Of a stretch of DNA of 64,000 nt, positions 1 to 13,300 are shown in pieces. A model generated the notes under the pieces. That model searched no databases and had not been told where the DNA came from. It saw nothing but the letters and a program-made list of their open reading frames with translations. How positions within the stretch are numbered: the stretch's first letter is position 1; each line of letters begins with the position of its first letter. The stretch is from Lama guanicoe (lineage: Eukaryota): positions 6,683,078 to 6,747,077 of the forward strand of contig MU054001.1 in NCBI GenBank assembly GCA_013239625.1, read 5' to 3'. Both the position numbers and the translations under genes were made by a program.

Positions 1-1630
1 AGAACTTTAGTTTTCCCAGTTACTGATTTGAGCTCTTTCTCCTGTTTTTAATGTATGCATATATAGCTGTAGATTTCTTTCTTAGCACTGCTTTCACTGC
101 TTCCCGTAAGCTTTGGTATGTTGTGTTTTCATTCTCTTTTGGCTCAAGGCATTTTCTAATTTCCCTTATGATTTCTGCTTTGACCTACTGGTTGGTTAAG
201 AGTATGTAGTTTAATTTCCACGTATTTGTGAATTTTCCATTTTTCCTTTTGTTAGTGATTTTTAGTTGCATTTCATTGTGACTGGAAACAATATTTTATA
301 AAAGTCTTTTAAAATTCAGAATTTTTTTGGTGACCTGTCATATGGTCTGTCCTGGAGAATGTTCCATGTGCACTTGAGGAAAGTGTATATTCTGATGTTC
401 TTGGGTGGGGTTTTATTTTCTATGTCTGTTAGGTTCAGTTGGTTTATAGTATCATTCACATCCTTTATTTCCTTGTTGATCTTCTGGTGTGGTTCTGTTC
501 AGTATTGAAAGTGGAGTATTGATGCTTTCAACTGTTATAGCAGAACTATCTAATTCTCCCTTAAATTCTGACAATGTTTGCTTCTTATATTTGGAGGGCT
601 CTGATTTTTGTTCCATATATATTTATAATTATTATATCTTCTTGGTGAATTGACCCTTTTATCAATATTCAGTGTCTTTTGTCAGTTGCGAGTTTTGACT
701 TCGTCTTTTCTCTAGTAGAGGCACACCATATTTTCTTTGATAGAGGCACACCACATTTTATTGCACTTCCCTTTATTGTGCTTTACAGATACTGTATTTC
801 TTACAGTGAAGATTTGTGGCAACCCTGTGTTGAACAAGTCTGTTGGCACCATTTTTTCCACATCTGCTCACTTGGTGTCTGATTCCCATTTTGGTACTTC
901 CCACAGTACTTCAGACTTTTTCATTATTATTACACTTGTTATGGTCATCAGTGATCTTTAATGTTACCATTGCAAATAGATCATGACTTGCTCTTACAAT
1001 GTTTAGCATTTTTTGACAATAAAGTATTTTTAACTTTGTATTATGTGTATTCAATGTATATACATTGTTGTTTAGACATAATGCTGTTGCACACTAACTA
1101 GACTACAGTATAGGGTAAACATAACTTTTAATGCACTGGGAAACCGGACAGTTGATGAGACTCACTCTATTGGACTGCCCGCTTCATTGTGGTGATCTGG
1201 AACCAAACCTGCAGTCTCCCGAGATGTGCCTGTATTTGCGTCGCCATCTCAGCTCTCTTTTGGTAACTGTTTGTGTGGAATATCTTTCTCCATCCTTTAA
1301 CTTTCAACATATTTGTGCCTTTAGATCTAAAATGACTGTCTTTTAGAGCACTATGTAGTTGGATCTTGTCTTTTCATCTGTTCTGCCAATCTCTGCCTTT
1401 TGAATGGAGAGTTTTATTCACTTATATTGAAATTTCCTTACTAATGATGAAGGACTTTTGCCATTTTGCTGTTTGTTTTCTGTGTGTCTTATAGCTTTAT
1501 CATCCTGCATTTCTTTCGTTAGAAGCCTTCTTTTGTGTTTAGTTGACTTTTTTGCAGTGACACGTTTGGATTTCCTTTTGTGTATATGCTTTAGATATTT
1601 TCCTTGTGGTTACAATGGGAGTTTTGTTTT
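1..1630 (-). mobile_element. Old LINE-1 ORF2 5'-region fragment, interrupted by a Tigger element
   Basis: Antisense L1 text such as gtcctggagaatgttccatgtgcacttgag and tcttggtgaattgacccttttatc; resumes after 1235 (ctctcttttggtaactgtttgtgtggaatatctttctccatcc). Confidence 0.8.
743..1232 (+). mobile_element. Internally deleted Tigger1-type (TcMar) DNA transposon
   Basis: TA-flanked ends (TA 741-742 and 1233-1234), termini gaggcacacc...gatgtgcctg, and Tigger1-like text ttttattgcacttccctttattgtgctttacagatac / gaagatttgtggcaaccctg. Confidence 0.8.
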
Positions 1631-2335
1631 TTTATGATTGCTTAAATCTTTAAAAGTCATCTTTACTATTTTATGAACATGCAGGAACTTTTTCATATTA
1701 AAGGATGCTGTAGCTCGTATGTCGACACACTGACCTAGCTTAAAAATGAGAACTGATTTTAGAGTTCTTCCCTTAAACTCCTGGTAATTCACATGAACAA
1801 ATCCCCACAAGGAAAATTGGTTCTGCTGCCTTTGTATCTCCTGTAAGAATACAAGTAACTTGTTAGTACTTCCTGATGATTATTTTGTTGATTTGGCTCA
1901 TTGTAAGTGCAGATCATATTGCATTAGCTTTCACAAAAACTGCTTTCTCACCATCATGGTTTTGACTTGATTTTCAAAGGCCCTTAACTTTAATCTACAT
2001 TTGGGCAGTGCTGGTTAGCCTCTTTGATGGGTCCCTTTCCTCACAGTCATCTCCTGTATGAAGAAAATTACCATTTAAAGACTCACCCAAACTGCCTGGA
2101 TCTAGTTGCATGTGTATGTTCACATCACATATTTTTAAAGATAAGTGGTTATCTTATCTGTTGTCCTCATGAGAGAAACAGACATCTTAGCTTTTATGTT
2201 CTGGCTGATGAATATGGTATAATGGTAAGCTATATGACTTTTGTATATCCAACATTAGTAAATAATTCAGTGTAACAGTAAGGTAATTTTCAGATTTTTT
2301 TTTGAGAAATCTGGGAATTAATAATTTTACCCTTC

Positions 2336-2388
2336 ACACACCAGAAATTAACACAACATTGGGAACTGACTATATTTCAATAAAAAAT
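2336..2388 (+). mobile_element. Very short L1 3'-terminal fragment
   Basis: acaccagaaattaacacaacattgggaactgactatatttcaataaaaaa; the same terminus occurs at 13.9, 35.4, 55.4 and 60.1 kb. Confidence 0.7.
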
Positions 2389-2589
2389 TTTTTTACCCTT
2401 TACTTATAGTTTAAGATATTATGTTATTATTCCATGGATTCCTCATTAATATCATGATTGTATGTGACCATATACAGACTTTATTATAGCTGATCTCTTC
2501 TATCTTTAATTTTAAAGGACTTTTTGAATTGCCAGATGGTCAGTTGGGTTATAAAGTTAGTTTAGCCAGCCAGCCTTCCAACCTGCATT

Positions 2590-3420
2590 TATTTATTGAT
2601 TTAACTTTTACCATATGAGGTACTGTGTTTGCTGTGAAGATATAAAACTGGATGAAACAGTCTCTGCCCTAAAGGGTGTTATAATCACTTAGGTGAGGTG
2701 ATATGTATGCAAATGAGGCAAATACAGCATTGACTATGACGATAACCATTTGAGACAGAAAACAAAGTGCCTTCTTATTAAATATCCAAGTTACTTACAG
2801 TGGGCAGCATCAAGTATGGAGCAAGTAGATTTTGGGGTAGGTAGATTTTAGAAGGTAGAAATGTTCATTGAGGTTGTAATTCCAGACAGGCAATAGAATG
2901 AACAAAGGTAATAGATCAGGGTACTTGGACCACAAGAAGTGGTGGAAGAGAGAACGGAGAGAAATGAGCCAGGAAGGTAGCTTAAAGCTAGAACTCGAAG
3001 ACCTTTCAAGTAAAGACTTTAAAAAAGACTTTTCAATTGAGACTTCATGGTACAGGCATCAGGGAGTTGTGAAAGGTGTTAATACTACAGAAAGATGTGA
3101 TCAGCGCTGTGCTTTCACTGGGGCATGGAGGCTAGTTAGGAGGCCACTTCCATAGTCAAGGTGGGAAACCAGGAAGGTCTGAACCAGAGCTGTGACAGGG
3201 AGGAGAAAGAAGAGCTGTGGAGACAGACTGCACAGGCTTGGTGACTAATCAGGGTGTGAAGTAACAGAGAATGAGTTAGAGGTACCGGCAGTTTGGGGCC
3301 TGGCACACTTAGAAAATGAAAATTGAACAGATAAGAGGAGAAAGTATTGAGTTATTCTGGGTATAGTGAGTTCCTCAAGCAGTGGGAAATGCCAGGAGTT
3401 CAGCAGTGGATTCACCACAA
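2590..3420. mobile_element. Degenerate LINE-2 fragment
   Basis: L2-like motifs: gatgaaacagtctctgccct, agttaggaggccacttccatagtcaaggtggga, ggcttggtgactaatcag. Confidence 0.6.
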
Positions 3421-3639
3421 GTAGGCTGTGCTTCCTGTTGACCTATGGACGTAACCTCAGTTTGTTGCTAGACTTTTTTTTAATTTGAAAACTTCTCGAA
3501 CTTGAGAAATAAAAAGCAACTATACAAAGGCTGTTTCACATAAGTACAAATCAGTACTTGATGCAAAGATGTAGTTAGCAAGAAAGCCTTTTAGTCTTCT
3601 TACTTTCTCTTTGGTACACTTCCTCCCAATATCTTTACC

Positions 3640-4462
3640 CGCTGTCCAGTACAGTGTCTATCAGCCACATGTCGCTTGTGAGCACTTATAATGCAGCCAG
3701 TTTTATTGAAAGGTACTATAGTTAGTTATAAAAATACATCCCAGTTTTCAAAGACTTGGTATGAAATAAAGAATGTAAAACAGCTCATTAATAATGTTTT
3801 ATATTGATTACATGGTAAAATACTTCGGATATTATTTCAGGGCTCCTCAGCACCACCCGCATGTCAAGTGATTTGCTAGGACCCAACACATTCATCCTCA
3901 CAGCGAAAATTATTACAGTGAGAGGACTAGCAAGGGAACAAGACTGTCTGAGTCTGGAGAAATCCTTTCACGGGCTTCCTTATGCTCTCCCCCCCACCCA
4001 AGAGGGGCACAGTAGAGGGGTTCATTTCTCCAGCAACAAAAAAATGTGGTAACGTACAGTCTTTCTGCCCAGAGAAGCCCATTTAGAGACTCAGCGCCCA
4101 AGGTTTTTATTGGTGGCTGTTCACATAGGCACTCTCAGCCTTGCATGTACCAAAATTTTAGACTCACAGAAGGAGAGCAAGTATTTGGCATAAATGACAC
4201 TGTTAACACAAACTTGGCACCATGAACCACCCTTATCAGTCAGGGAAAGGGGAAAAGCCAAGTTCCCAGATGCCAGCCAAGCAAGAGCCAGTCTTGCGCG
4301 CAGATCCTTCCGAAGGAGCAGCCTTGGTCCTGCTGTATTAACTCTCTCTGCACAGATACATTAGGTTAAATAAACTGTTAGTAAAATTAATTGCACCTGG
4401 TCCTTTTTAAAGACTTTCCTATGGCTACTTGCTCACATTATATTTATTTTGGGCAGGAGTGA
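3640..4462. mobile_element. MER33-like hAT DNA transposon split by an LTR
   Basis: gctgtccag...agccacatgtcgcttgtgagcactt...caaagacttggtatgaaataaagaatgtaaaa; continues after 4355 with ggttaaataaa...aaaattaattgcacctg...gctcacattatattt. Confidence 0.7.
3833..4354 (-). mobile_element. MER21-like solo LTR nested in the MER33-like element
   Basis: Minus strand begins tgtgcagagagagttaatacagcagg; near-TSD GATAT (3828-3832) / GATAC (4355-4359). Confidence 0.7.
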
Positions 4463-6364
4463 TCTAAATCTTACATGAAAAATTCTTCCGTAATGTGTTT
4501 TAGTTAAGTTATATTCTCTAAAACGCTAACGATTTCTCTTTAGTACAAACCTGAAAAATAAACGTGAAAAGCCTCTTGCAAGTGGTATCTTTACCCTAAT
4601 CACTAAATGCCAGACCAACTGAAGGCTGCAGTAAACTTAGCTGCATATCCCAAATTTAGCTTTATTACCCAAGAACAAAGAGAAAACCATCCCTCCAAAA
4701 AATGTGATTAAAATAAAAAATTTCATAAATTTTTGTAAAACAAAAATCCCAGTTTGAAAATCTCCTTTGATAAGCACATTCGAGAGCTCCAAACAGTACA
4801 TTTTTACATGCTCATCATTAATTCAGATTGTTCAACTCTTTCTTTTGTTCTTCTCTAAGCTGTTCATGATTTGTACTTATTATGATTTCATCCATTAAAA
4901 CAATATTTCTGAAGAGATTTATATAAATGAACTAATTCTGCATGAGAGATTCACTTCATATCATACCCATTGTAGATTGCAGATGTGACTAAAATAGTAT
5001 AACTTGGCTGCAGTGAATGATACAGAATAGCAATCAGAATATATTTGACTTCTTCGCAAGCACTGAATACTAATGTATGCCTCACCCTTTAAGAAAGGAA
5101 ATGGTTTTAGGAAAATAATTTCTAGGACTTGAATTGTGAAAGCAGCAGAAGATATTTTTGTTAGAATAAATCCATAATGTGATTTTCAGTGACATACTGC
5201 CCTACGGGCTCCCTGCAGGCTTAGTTGAAGGATAGAACCATCTTTCAGCATCATTGCCACATCTCATTAGAAGTAGAGGGGAGCTGAAATCCTAACCCCC
5301 CTTCTTTCCCGCACCATGACCCAGGAGTGAGTAAAGTGGGAAGGTAGAAAGTCCTCAGGCGAGAAGAAGAGAGCAGTTCATAACTGGCAGTATTTTTGCT
5401 ATTATCTTTGTCCCTTATAGCCATTTTATATAGTTTTAAATTGAAGCATGTCATTAGCATCCCCTGTCAATAACTGAGACTTTGAGTCTCATTATAAACA
5501 GCCTTGCTTCTTCACTGAAAATCCATGAATCTTAATACATTTGTAATTATAAATATAGCTCACATTTCTACACCACGAAGTCTGACAATACCAGTGCTGC
5601 TTCCTAATTGCTTTAGATTATAATGTGGAGAACAGTTATAAAGAACTCTGCAGTAAAAACTAAGGGTGTTTTCACTCACCATTCAATCAATAAGAAACAC
5701 TGAGCAGAAGACCTCTCTTTTTGCCACTTTTGAAGCTTTGAAGAGCCATCAAAGTGTGGTCACATAATATTCTGCTGATAAACTTTAAGAGCTATTGATA
5801 GTTTGACTCAGAAAGTCAGAATACCTAGAATCCACAGGGTTGTTTATAACCTCACTCACCCTGTCTTGAAAATAGCTTCTCCACCCTGTATCCCCACTTG
5901 TGAACTGGATAAAATAAGTAAAATTAAGATTCAACATACGATATAGTAATATAGGATATAGTAATGTAGGATATAATAGAGTTATGGTATGATATGTAAA
6001 CAAAACTCCAGTTTTTAGAAATGAGGAATTCAAAAATGCTATTTGTTCTGTAGGACATTTGTTATATTTTAAACTGCACACATTTGTGTAATATAATTTT
6101 ATGATATATACACAACTGAAGTGGGTACACTAGCTAATTTTGTACTTGAATAAAATACCACCATACATCTTCATGGGCTTTTCTGTTCTCAACCTAACAG
6201 CTTATTTATGTAACTAATACCTTATCGTCCTTATGATGAGCTTTGAAACCATTAAGCATTTTTTAAGAATTATACAAAATATGAAATTACATGGTATATA
6301 TTCCATTTATCTTTACTGTTGAAAATAATTTTTTAATTTCAAAGAGTGTTTTTTTCCCCTCTTT

Positions 6365-7045
6365 TTCTTGTGGTAAAATCAGCATAACATAAAGTGTGCC
6401 ATTTTAACCACTTTTAAGTGTATAGTTCTTCAGTGGCATTAGGTACATTCACAGTGTTGTATTGCCATCACTACCTTTCATGCCTAGAACGTTTTCATCG
6501 TCTCAGATTGAAACTGTGTACCCATTAAATGCTAATTGCTCCTTTTTCTCTCACACCATTCCCTGATAATGTCTGTTCTACTTTCTATCTCTATGATTTT
6601 GGCTACTCTAAGTATCTCATATAAATGAAATGATACAATATTTGTCCCTTAGTGTCTTGGCTTATTTCACTTAGCATAGTGTTGTCAAGTTTCATCCATG
6701 ATGTAGCATGTAACAGAATTTCATTCTGACTTTTAAGGCTGCATAATACTCCGTTGGATGTATAAGCACATTGTGATTATCCATTCATCCATCAACAGAC
6801 ACTTGGGCTGCTTCCATTTTTTGGCTCTTGCACATGATGCTGCTGTGAACAGCAAGCGTCTGTTCGAGTTTCTGCCTTCAGTGCTTGTGAGCGTGTATCT
6901 AGAAGGGGAATTGCTAGAGCTTATGGTAATGGACATCAGTTTTTGAGGAATCACTGTACTATTTACCATAGCCGCTACACCACCTTACATTCCTACCAGC
7001 AGTGCACAAGGGTCCCAGTGTCTCCATATCGTCACTAACATTTTC
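6365..7045 (-). mobile_element. LINE-1 3' end (L1M-type)
   Basis: cttatttcacttagcatag...ttcatccatgatgtagcatg...cattcctaccagcagtgcacaagggtccc; minus-strand ORF has the ORF2 C-terminal relic KWKQPKCLLMDEWI. Confidence 0.85.
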
Positions 7046-7107
7046 TTGTAACATTCTGAAAAGGTGTACCAGGCTACATACTAGTTTTATAAGAACCATG
7101 GGAAATA

Positions 7108-7314
7108 CAGTTTATCCCTGAGTATCGGGTTAGAACTGCCCAGATCTGCTTGTAACTGGTATAACACGACAGCGTTACACGACCCATACTTGGCTGACTC
7201 CGAAGATGAGGGTCTTCTGCTACAGAGATCCTACTCCAGGACCCAAGCATCTGCGCTTCTGGTACCTGCAGCGGGTCCTGAAACCAGTCCCCTGCGGACA
7301 CTAAGGGGTGATCA
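7108..7314. mobile_element. MER2/Tigger-type non-autonomous DNA transposon
   Basis: TA-flanked cagtttatccctgagtatc ... ggtcctgaaaccagtcccctgcggacactaagggg. Confidence 0.6.
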
Positions 7315-7542
7315 TATATTCATACTGTCATTACGCTAAAAACAATCTTTGGTGCCCAGCCTAAGTACAAGTTTATGAGTCAGCATCACACGATAGCTTA
7401 TTGTTTGCATAGTACAGAGTGGATTCATAGAAAGGCCTTTGAGGTAAAATATTGACTCTGTAAGAGTAAATGTAAAATAAATCAAGATTTATCATCTGTA
7501 TGCTTTCTATTCTCAGCAGTAAAGTTTTCTTTTTTCCTACAG

Positions 7543-7656
7543 CTCCCTGCACAGGCAGCACTTTCTTTTGCCATAGCAACATGTGCATCAATAACTCTTT
7601 AGTCTGTAATGGCGTTCAGAACTGTGCGTACCCTTGGGATGAAAATCACTGCAAAG
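7543..7656 (+). CDS. NETO2: NETO2 penultimate coding exon (LDL-receptor class A domain)
   Basis: Pyrimidine tract + AG at 7541-7542; donor G|GTGAGT at 7656/7657; 114 bp, phase 1/1. Encodes (P)[37 protein letters not shown], a six-Cys LDLa repeat matching NETO2, and splices in frame to the next exon (G+AA = Glu). Confidence 0.97.
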
Positions 7657-8759
7657 GTGAGTCCACTGGTGAAGGCCAACTTTTTTAGAGAAGAGTGGCC
7701 ATTGCCTTTCATGAAGAATGTAAAATGTCTTTTGCTACAACTGTGCTTGGTATAACTGCTTTGGCAGGAATGAATACATATAAAATGTTCTCTTAAATGG
7801 ATCATAGGCCTCTGGAATGTGGTAAAAACAAAGAAAAATACTTATTCTCAACAAGAGTATTTTTGTAAGATTATGTTTTTTGTCTTAAATTGTTCAACAG
7901 TAAGTCATGGTATTTCCTGCCCTTATTTTCTTAGTCATTTCTGCTGTAAAGATACCTTATTCTCAAAATAATTTAGAATGTAACCTAGGGTTTTGTTATT
8001 TTTAAATTATATGGAAATGCTATTTAATAAAAATCAACTGATAGATTCAGTCTTACAATTTAAAAACAGACTCATTATAAGGACTACTTTTTTTTTTATT
8101 CCATAAACTTCCTATGCTGTATTTCCAGTGTATACTCTCTGAAAGATAAATATGGCTTGTGGTAATACTAATTGAATATCTACAAACTGATTATTAAATC
8201 TCTGTTTCAGTAGTAAGGTTTTATTCTCCCAAGAGTTCAGTGGAAGTTTAATGTAATCTGATACGGCTATTTTAAGTACTTGAGATGAAGTTATTTTCAG
8301 GTGATCATTCAAAAACAGACCATGATAGCATACCTGAGTGGGTTAGTCAGATCATTTTAGAAGTTCTCTCTTGCTTAAGGCCAGCAGTAGAAATACTATG
8401 GGTTTACCCACACCTACCACAGAGCAGAAAGCTGAACTTGAAAGAACGAGAGTATTTTGTTTTGGTGTTTTCTGTAATCATGTGTTACTTTGATTTGCAA
8501 ACTGTATGCATTCATGTGCCTTCTCAGTAAAGAACCAAGTCCTTTTCTTTTTTTGTAATCTATCTAGCTGTATTATGATTGGTTAGTTTAACTAGAAGTC
8601 ATAGGACTATTTTGTTTGCTTAAAAACCTACTTTAAAATTGCATTATCTGTATTGTATTTGACCCAGTGTTCTGCTTTACGTAAAAATACTTTTACCAGT
8701 TTGTGACCGGACTCTAATGAATTTTAAAAGTCTCATAGTTTTCTTTTCTCTTTCTGCAG

Positions 8760-9340
8760 AAAAGAAAAAAGCAGGACTATTTGAGCAAATCACTAAAACT
8801 CACGGAACAATTATTGGCATTACGTCAGGAATTGTCTTGGTCCTTCTCATTATTTCTATTTTAGTGCAAGTGAAGCAGCCTCGAAAAAAGGTCATGGGTT
8901 GCAAAACTGCTTTTAATAAAACTGGATTCCAAGAAGTGTTTGACCCTCCTCATTATGAACTGTTTTCACTGAGAGACAAAGAGATCTCTGCAGACCTGGC
9001 CGACCTGTCGGAGGAGCTGGACAACTACCAGAAGACGCGGCGCTCCTCCACTGCCTCCCGGTGCATCCACGACCACCACTGCGGGTCGCAGGCCCCCAGC
9101 GTCAAACAGAGCAGGACCAACCTCAGTTCCATGGAACTTCCCTTCCGAAATGATTTTGCACAACCACAGCCAATGAAAACATTTAATAGCACCTTCAAAA
9201 AGAGTAGCTACACTTTCAAACAGGCGCACGAGTGCCCTGAACAGGCCCTAGAAGACAGAGTAATGGAGGAGATCCCCTGTGAGATTTATGTCAGGGGGCG
9301 AGAAGACTCTGCACAAGCATCCATATCCATCGATTTCTAA
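8760..9340 (+). CDS. NETO2: NETO2 terminal coding exon (TM helix + cytoplasmic tail)
   Basis: Acceptor ttcttttctctttctgcAG ends at 8759. Reads [44 protein letters not shown]...[12 protein letters not shown], stop TAA at 9338-9340. The ORF-track start at 8717 is intronic. Confidence 0.98.
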
Positions 9341-12300
9341 TCTTCTACTGAAGGTGACCCTGATTATTAAGTGTGTACGGGCGCAGCCCGCAGAGCACCA
9401 TGCTGCTCTCAGCAGCCAGCCCTCTTCTCCTGTCAAAACTGGAAAGACCTTCATTTCCCATTAACCTATTGTAATGGTGAAGTTTTTATTATCTCAGGCA
9501 GTCTATATATGTTAACCCAACCGAGGAACTTAACTCCATTCAGTTAAAAAAAAAAAAAGCATCTATTGTTCAGTGTCACACACACAAAGGCCCAGTCGCA
9601 CAGCATGAGGAGGAGGCGCAGCGGCGCCGCCCAGGCTCTAGCTGCCCGCGGGCCTCAGCAAAGGAAGGCGCTCCTGGTGGACACAGCTCTGTCAGTGTTT
9701 TGGTCCCATGATAAGTTTAAAAGCAAGATTTTTCTTCGCATTCCTTTTATTTTCTTCCCTCTAAATTTAAATTGTTTTAGAAACCAGTAAGTTTACCATT
9801 GCAGTTTCTTACATAAGTATTAAACAGTTAATGTATCACACATATTTCGATATAGGCATTGTTCTGGGATTTGTCAAAATGTTACTAGTTACTGTGGTAA
9901 GTGCCAGGTAAGACCCAGAGTTGTGTTTCATCCACCTGTTTCTTCTTGACTAGTTTCTATACTGCTGTCTTTTAATTACTGGATCCTTTGTCCTTATTTT
10001 CTGTGATATGATTTAGCACCTTTAAGTAATATTTTGTCTTAGTATATTATACTAGAAAGTTTCATAATCCTAGGATGTAGGCCCCATTGCCAGTTATGAC
10101 TAAAACTTGAAAAAGATTAAAACTTTTAGAAATTCTTTGAAATTTCCCAAATTTCATCACATTCAGCAGTAGCCCATTTCATTCCTGTGAGCAAAAAGTC
10201 ATTTAACTCATTTGGGAGGAAGCCTATAATCACATTTTCTTTCCAGTGTTTCTCATCATTAGATCTGTGTTTCCTATTATTTTTATAAAAAGATCCTTTC
10301 ACTCCCTTTGTATTGGTTTATCTCATGGTGTATGGTAAGCAAGGTTATATGGGAGCTAAAGGAAAATGCCTAAGAAACTGTATAAGCCTTTAGATTGCTT
10401 CTTACTTGGGACAATACATTTTTCTAATTCTTATGAGGAATAACAATTTTCACTTTTTTTTAAACTGCACTTTTGACCTTATGTTTTTTTTATGGTATAT
10501 AAACAATAATTTATAAACATGATATAAAAACTCATTGTTTTTTTAGACTTTTGATATTATTTGATACTGTACAAAACTTTATTAAATCAAGATTAAAGAC
10601 CTACACGGCAGATTCCTCAGTGTTCACATTAGCAGCTTTGTATACAAATATGCTGTGATGGAACTGTGTGCTCTAATTTATTGTGAAGACCTTGGTAATG
10701 TGTACATAAGCTTCTGTTTCCTTTTGTTATTGCACTTAGTTTATGATAAGTTTTTCTCTGTGATATTTATTGTTCTAAATCACTACACAAATCTGATATT
10801 AAAATACACACTGTTACATGATTCTTCAATCATGTTATTTATGGCACTGAGATTTTGGATCTTTAGATATATATGGAAGGGAATCTATCAATTTACAACA
10901 AATACAAACATGCCATTTAAAAGAGATAAATTCTCGTTTTCTATATTTTTTGTAGTTCCCAATGAAATGTGAAATAGAAGTTTCACTGAATTTTGTTAAT
11001 TCTTTTAAATATCACATCTATATGTTTCTCAGATTAATGAAAACTGTGACCTTAAGTATACTACTTCTTCAGAAATGTTTCTTATATCACACTTCTTTTA
11101 AAGTATATAATATCCAGGAGATAGGAAAACCTACACATAATATAGTCATGATTTAAGTTTTTTTTACAGCATAATTTCCTGTTTCAAAAATACAACTTGG
11201 GAAGGTAAAAAGACTTAATGAATGTAGTATTCAATGAACTAATGAACCAGAGCCAGATTAGACAGCTAAATTCTTTCAATAGCTGTTATTTAAATAGGCA
11301 TTTTAGTAGGTAACGTGCCAGCCAGCGTTTGAACATAGTAAATCCTTAATGTAGTAATAATTGTGATCTCATTCTTCGTGATAATGAAAGGAAAATTACC
11401 ATATCTTCTATGTAAAATCATATCTGTTATAAAGACAACTGTTAAATCCATCTCTAACATCTAGATTATAGTAGCAAATAATACAATATGCTTAACTGGC
11501 CACTTGTTTTTATTTTTATTTTTGAAATTTGTATCCTACTTTCTTTTAAAAGGGCGTGAAGAGGCCTACAAAATGTAAAGCCTTTAAAGAAGACATTTAA
11601 CATTAAAACAGCACAGAAGTACATGGTTTCAGGCAACTGAGCAAGTTGGACAACAAATTTGGTTCTAAATTTTCTTGCTGCTAAAACAAATGGTTTTGTA
11701 TTTCAAAACAGAAAATTCAAAAACTTGTCACAAGAGGCTGGTTTTTTCTTAAACTAAAGAGAGGATTACATTGGACATCTCCGTGAATGTAAAGAAAATG
11801 CAAAATACAAAGGAAGGTCATAATAATAAATCTTAATCCAATGAAGGTACATCTTAGTGTGATGTTAGAACACTGGTTTCTGATCAGTTTATCTGCCGGG
11901 GTAGAGCTAAAGATCCAGGTGATTGACAGCTAAGCCAGCCTGGGACTGCCGCATAGGATATGCCTTCGCTGAACCCTTGATGGGTGTCAGATCTCCTTTA
12001 TCTCTTAATTGAACGTTTGGCAGTGTGCTATAGGAGAAGAGAATGAAACAACAAACTTCAGGCATTGTTACCAGCATAATGCTAATTGTATATATTCTCT
12101 CAGCTTTGAGGTCAGTGTGAAAACTTTGCAAATTGTTTACTAATGTGAAAGCCATAAATTTAGTAATTTAAGATAAAATTTAGCCATCTTGTGGAAATTA
12201 TTTCACCCTTCACAGAGAGTATAGTACCCAGTGTTAAACACAGAGCGAAAAAAGGTAGATCTAGAGGAAGATCTTCAATTCAGGAGCAGCATTAAGTCCA

Positions 12301-13300
12301 CCTGTGCAGGACTGTCATCATCACTGTCCCTCTGTGACATCCCTGATGCCAAAATTAACACAAGATGTCAACCCCCAGGTGCCGTCACATGGCAGGAAAC
12401 CTCTAATCCCAACATCAAAAGCACTATTATGAGTGAAGTGCTATGTACCTTTTGTGAAGGGAAACACTCACTCCAAAGGTTTAACAAAAAGCAAAGGATT
12501 TTCCCACATTTCAAACCACAAAGAGATCAAAAACATTCCTTTGACTTAACAGCTTTTGTCAGTGTCTTTGTCATGTTTCAGATGATGATTAGGCATTAAA
12601 AGAACCTCCTAAATGTCTTCTGAACGTCTTTATAGCTCTGCTGTTGTCTGATGAGGATACCTCCTTGTTTCAGGAGCGCCTCAGCTGATGAGGCAGGACA
12701 GGAAAAGCCTAGTTGTGATTACAGGAGTAGTTTCCAGCCAGAGAAGAGTATGCTCTCTTGCGAAATGGAGTCTGCTATGTTGTTCATAATAAGAAGGAAC
12801 CTTGGGATTTGGGGGGGGGTGGTTAAGATTCAAGAAAGATGATCTGGTCCAGTTTTATTAATGACAAGACTGAAGCCCAGAGAAGAGAAGTGAGTGCCCA
12901 CGTCTCAGAGCTAGTCCAGCGCCCCTTCCTTGCTTCTTGCTGTCTCCCGCTTTAGCCAGCTACGTGTTTGGAAAGCTGTCTTCTAAACAGCAACCCAGAT
13001 GTTTCACGAAAGCTTATTAATCACTCTCATTTAAAACGTAATTTATTCTATAATAATTCTTTTTCAAAGCATTATATTTTACTTTGTTATTCTACAATTT
13101 TGTTGCCATAATTTCTTGGCACCTGCAAACTCTGTGAGACAATTACTGTGAATTCTTAATAAACAATGTTTGTTAACAATTTGTAGCCTTGACACTAGAC
13201 AGAAAGAACTTTCAGTGTTTGGCTTTTGTGATCTTTTTGAAATCTAAAGGAAACAATGTATACTCTAGAAATTAAACACTTGTGTGCTGTATCTCTTGAG
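9341..13300 (+). other. NETO2: NETO2 3' UTR (3' end uncertain; several candidate poly(A) signals)
   Basis: AT-rich, largely repeat-free sequence after the stop codon. ATTAAA at 10581 and 13271; AATAAA at 11825 and 13158. The 13271 signal is followed by GU/U-rich sequence. Confidence 0.6.

Noticed and set aside
5935..5995. Short periodic repeat (gatatagtaatatag...) resembling an array
   Set aside because: Decayed low-complexity microsatellite without spacers; no CRISPR-like or other prokaryotic organisation anywhere in the window.
1..7542. Further upstream NETO2 (CUB-domain) exons
   Set aside because: No CUB-like ORF or convincing exon seen; the region is repeat-filled intron and the upstream exons lie outside the window.
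8966..9454. Antisense and alternative-frame ORFs over the NETO2 terminal exon
   Set aside because: Expected by-product of a GC-rich coding exon; no independent support.
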